In this document: piece by piece, positions 61,277-64,000 of the stretch | Layout: each line of letters begins with the position of its first letter | Position numbering within the stretch: position 1 is the stretch's first letter | NCBI RefSeq assembly: GCF_018977255.1 | Contig: NW_024704742.1 | Coordinates: 136,588,001-136,652,000, forward strand | Source: Callorhinchus milii | Taxonomy: Eukaryota | Reading direction: 5' to 3' | Length of the DNA stretch: 64,000 nt | Notes under the pieces: model-generated | The model's database searches: none | Told to the model about the DNA's origin: nothing | Seen by the model: the letters and a program-made list of their open reading frames with translations, nothing else | Program-made: the position numbers and the translations under genes

Positions 61277-64000
61277 GTATGTATGATTTTGCTAGACTCT
61301 TAAGACTTCTAGAACGTTTTTTTAAATCTGCACGTGCCTTGCATATATTAATGTTTTGGAGAGGGGTAGCAATAACAACAGCGCTTTTCAGATTGGAACG
61401 TCTCAAAGCACTTCACGGAGCTGACTGGTAGCTCAGACTGGGGGTTGGGGGAGCTAATGGTCAAGAAGAAATGTCTTATGGCAGCTTTGAAGGCGGGGAG
61501 AATGGGGGCAAAGAGTTGGTTAATAGGTTGGCTCCCAACTCTCTTCACTCCACTGGTCTTCAATGTGCAAGCCCCTGCCACTTCTAAAACCTCTTTGAGT
61601 TGTTACCTACCTCTCTCGCTCTCTCTCTCCCCCTCTCTCAGCTTTCACATAGGGACACATATGTAAGATAACGATGAGGGGAGTCTAAAAGAGAATTTAG
61701 GAGGAACTACTAGAGGGTATTAGAATTTACCAGGTGCAAAGGGTAGTTAGATCATGGAACATGCTGCCTGAATAGCAATCGACTCAGTATCAGTTCGTAT
61801 TAGTTGAAGCAGTTAGTGTAGAGCATCGATCGCCCCCTTCTCTGGTTTTTTCCCCCTCACCGCGCTCGCTCGCCCTCCTCGATCTCTCTCCGCACCTGTT
61901 TCTTTTGCACACCTCACTGCTTGCTGTGTGGTTTCTGTTTATAGTAACTCTTTTGCCAGTAGGTGGTGCAAGGCCGCTATATATAAACTGCCTCATCACA
62001 AATCCCACAGTACAAGGTACACAGACTAATAATGATCCTTGCTTTTGACACAGCGCCTTAGCATGTCATTGAAATGTCTTGAAGTGATTCACAGGAATTT
62101 TTTTGCTATGTAGTGTAATAAGTGTAGGTGAACACAGCAGCCAATTCACATAAAACGACAGCAGCATTTAATAATAATCCTTGCATCTGATACAGCTCCT
62201 TATCACATCGTTGAGACGTCTGAAAGCACTTCACAGAATACACTGTAAAGTGGATTGACTGTGTATTTGTGCGCACAGGAGTGTCCTACAAATAGTCGTG
62301 GATTGAGTAACCAAATTTTTTTTTAAGCGATTATTACCCAGTAAGCTGCTCCGCGTGAAGGACGTGATATAAATTGTAGTTTCTATATAGCTCCTTTCAT
62401 GTTGGTAGCATTTTGGAGCATTTAAGAGCAGCGTCACTTGATGCTGAGTTAGAAAGAGAGAGGATGTGATTGAAGACATGGCCGAAGAGGAAAGTCTTCA
62501 GGGATTTGAAGCAACGAGTTGCAGAAATTAGGGGATATGTGGTTGAAAGCACAGACGGTAATTGTGGAACGTAGAGGACGATGGATGTGCAGAAGACTCA
62601 AGCCAGTTGAGTGACGGCGGCAGGTAGAGCGGTGAGAAGTGAGCAGAGCAGGGTATAAACTCAGCCAATTTATGTACAGCAATGGCCCACAAATAGTCAT
62701 TAAGTGAATGACCAGTTTTGTCTAGGGGATTGTTGGCTAGGACACTGGGAGAAACTCTCTGCTGTTTTTAAATAGGGCCATTTTTCTAACATCCAACTCA
62801 ACTGCCAGTTTAATGTCTCATCCGAAGGATGGCACACCTCCCTCCACCCCACCCCAGCAATGCATTGGAGTGTCATCTTAGACAAGGAGCTCAGAGTCCT
62901 GACGTGGTGTTTGAACCCACAGATTTCTGACTCAGAGGCGACCAACTAAGCCAGGCTGAATAAGAACGAAAGCCTGCATTTCATAGCTTCTTATCGCATC
63001 GAGACATCTCAAAGCTCTTCCTGCTAACGCTCACCCCCCCCCCCCCCCCCCCCAAAAACAATCCCTCGAGTCCTTTGCCATTTTACTTGAATGTTTTTAC
63101 AGTGTTTTAGAATTTGGCTCGGACCCGATAGGCCAAATGGCCCCCTTCTGCTGCACAGTAAAATGAATGTCTGTTTCTAATTTCTCCACACATCCAGCTG
63201 TGAAGTTTTGACACATGAGCTGATGGCTGGGAAGAGCTTGAGATGCTTTGCTTTGATGTGTTGTTCCCACCCTTTGCCATAGCAACACAATGCTGCTTAC
63301 TTCGGGCCGTTTGCAGATGTTAACGGTATAAAGTTTCATATTTCCACCAAAGTAACCCACGAGTCTATTCTTTACAACCTCTCCACAGTTTCCTTGGTTA
63401 CATATGTCATGTGATCTATTATAATAATACTTGCATTTGATGTAATAATATAATAATGATCTTTGTATTTCATACCAAGCCTTTGACTTATGGAGATAGT
63501 CTCAAAGGGCTTTGTAGAATTTAACGTAAAGTGTAGTGACTCTCTATTTTGAAAGCGATCAATTAATACTGTAAACAAACACTTTTGCCAGCAAAATACA
63601 CAGGTCGGTAACATTTCCCCTTTGAGACATTTTCACATTGTAGGGGTTTTGCCCGCACAATAGACAGTCAACTCACTTTACAGTATAATCTATGAAGCGC
63701 TTTGGGACGTCTCAAAAACGTGATAAGGCGCTATATCAAATGCAAGAATTATTATTATTGTAGGTGCTGTGTCAGTTGCGAGGGCTATTCTCTCTGGCTG
63801 TCAAACCATCCCATCTGCATCTGAATGTTCTCAAGCGGATTTTAATGTAATGTCCGCTTAGTTGTGTAATTATTTTTAGTCTATTATCTGGAGACAACCC
63901 TGCTCGCCTCAAGCGATGATCTTTTAGATGGCTCCCAAGCATTCTCGCTAGTGATAATGCTTCTCAGATGCTGCAAATGTTCTCTCCCCACAATATTCTC

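Overview
Vertebrate genomic DNA. The repeat content (DeuSINE-type tRNA SINEs, L2, CR1 and Penelope remnants) suggests a cartilaginous fish, probably a chimaera; this is inference. Three + strand genes lie in the conserved order RPL17 - C18orf32 - DYM. RPL17 is complete (5'TOP exon 1 plus 6 coding exons, 555 nt, 184 aa) and hosts five intronic SNORD58/U58 C/D snoRNAs. C18orf32 is complete (CpG/CCAAT promoter, non-coding exon 1, two coding exons, 99 aa). DYM (dymeclin) is represented by its first six coding exons and continues beyond the window; its first exon was not found. The rest is mostly nested retroelements. Notable items: a GC-rich minisatellite built from CTCF-like motifs, a minimal hammerhead ribozyme in a Penelope remnant, a covarying stem-loop shared by SINE and L2 3' tails, an apparently ORF1-less L2 5' end, and a pre-miRNA-like foldback. 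Most ORF-track entries are spurious or repeat-derived. Repeat boundaries are approximate.
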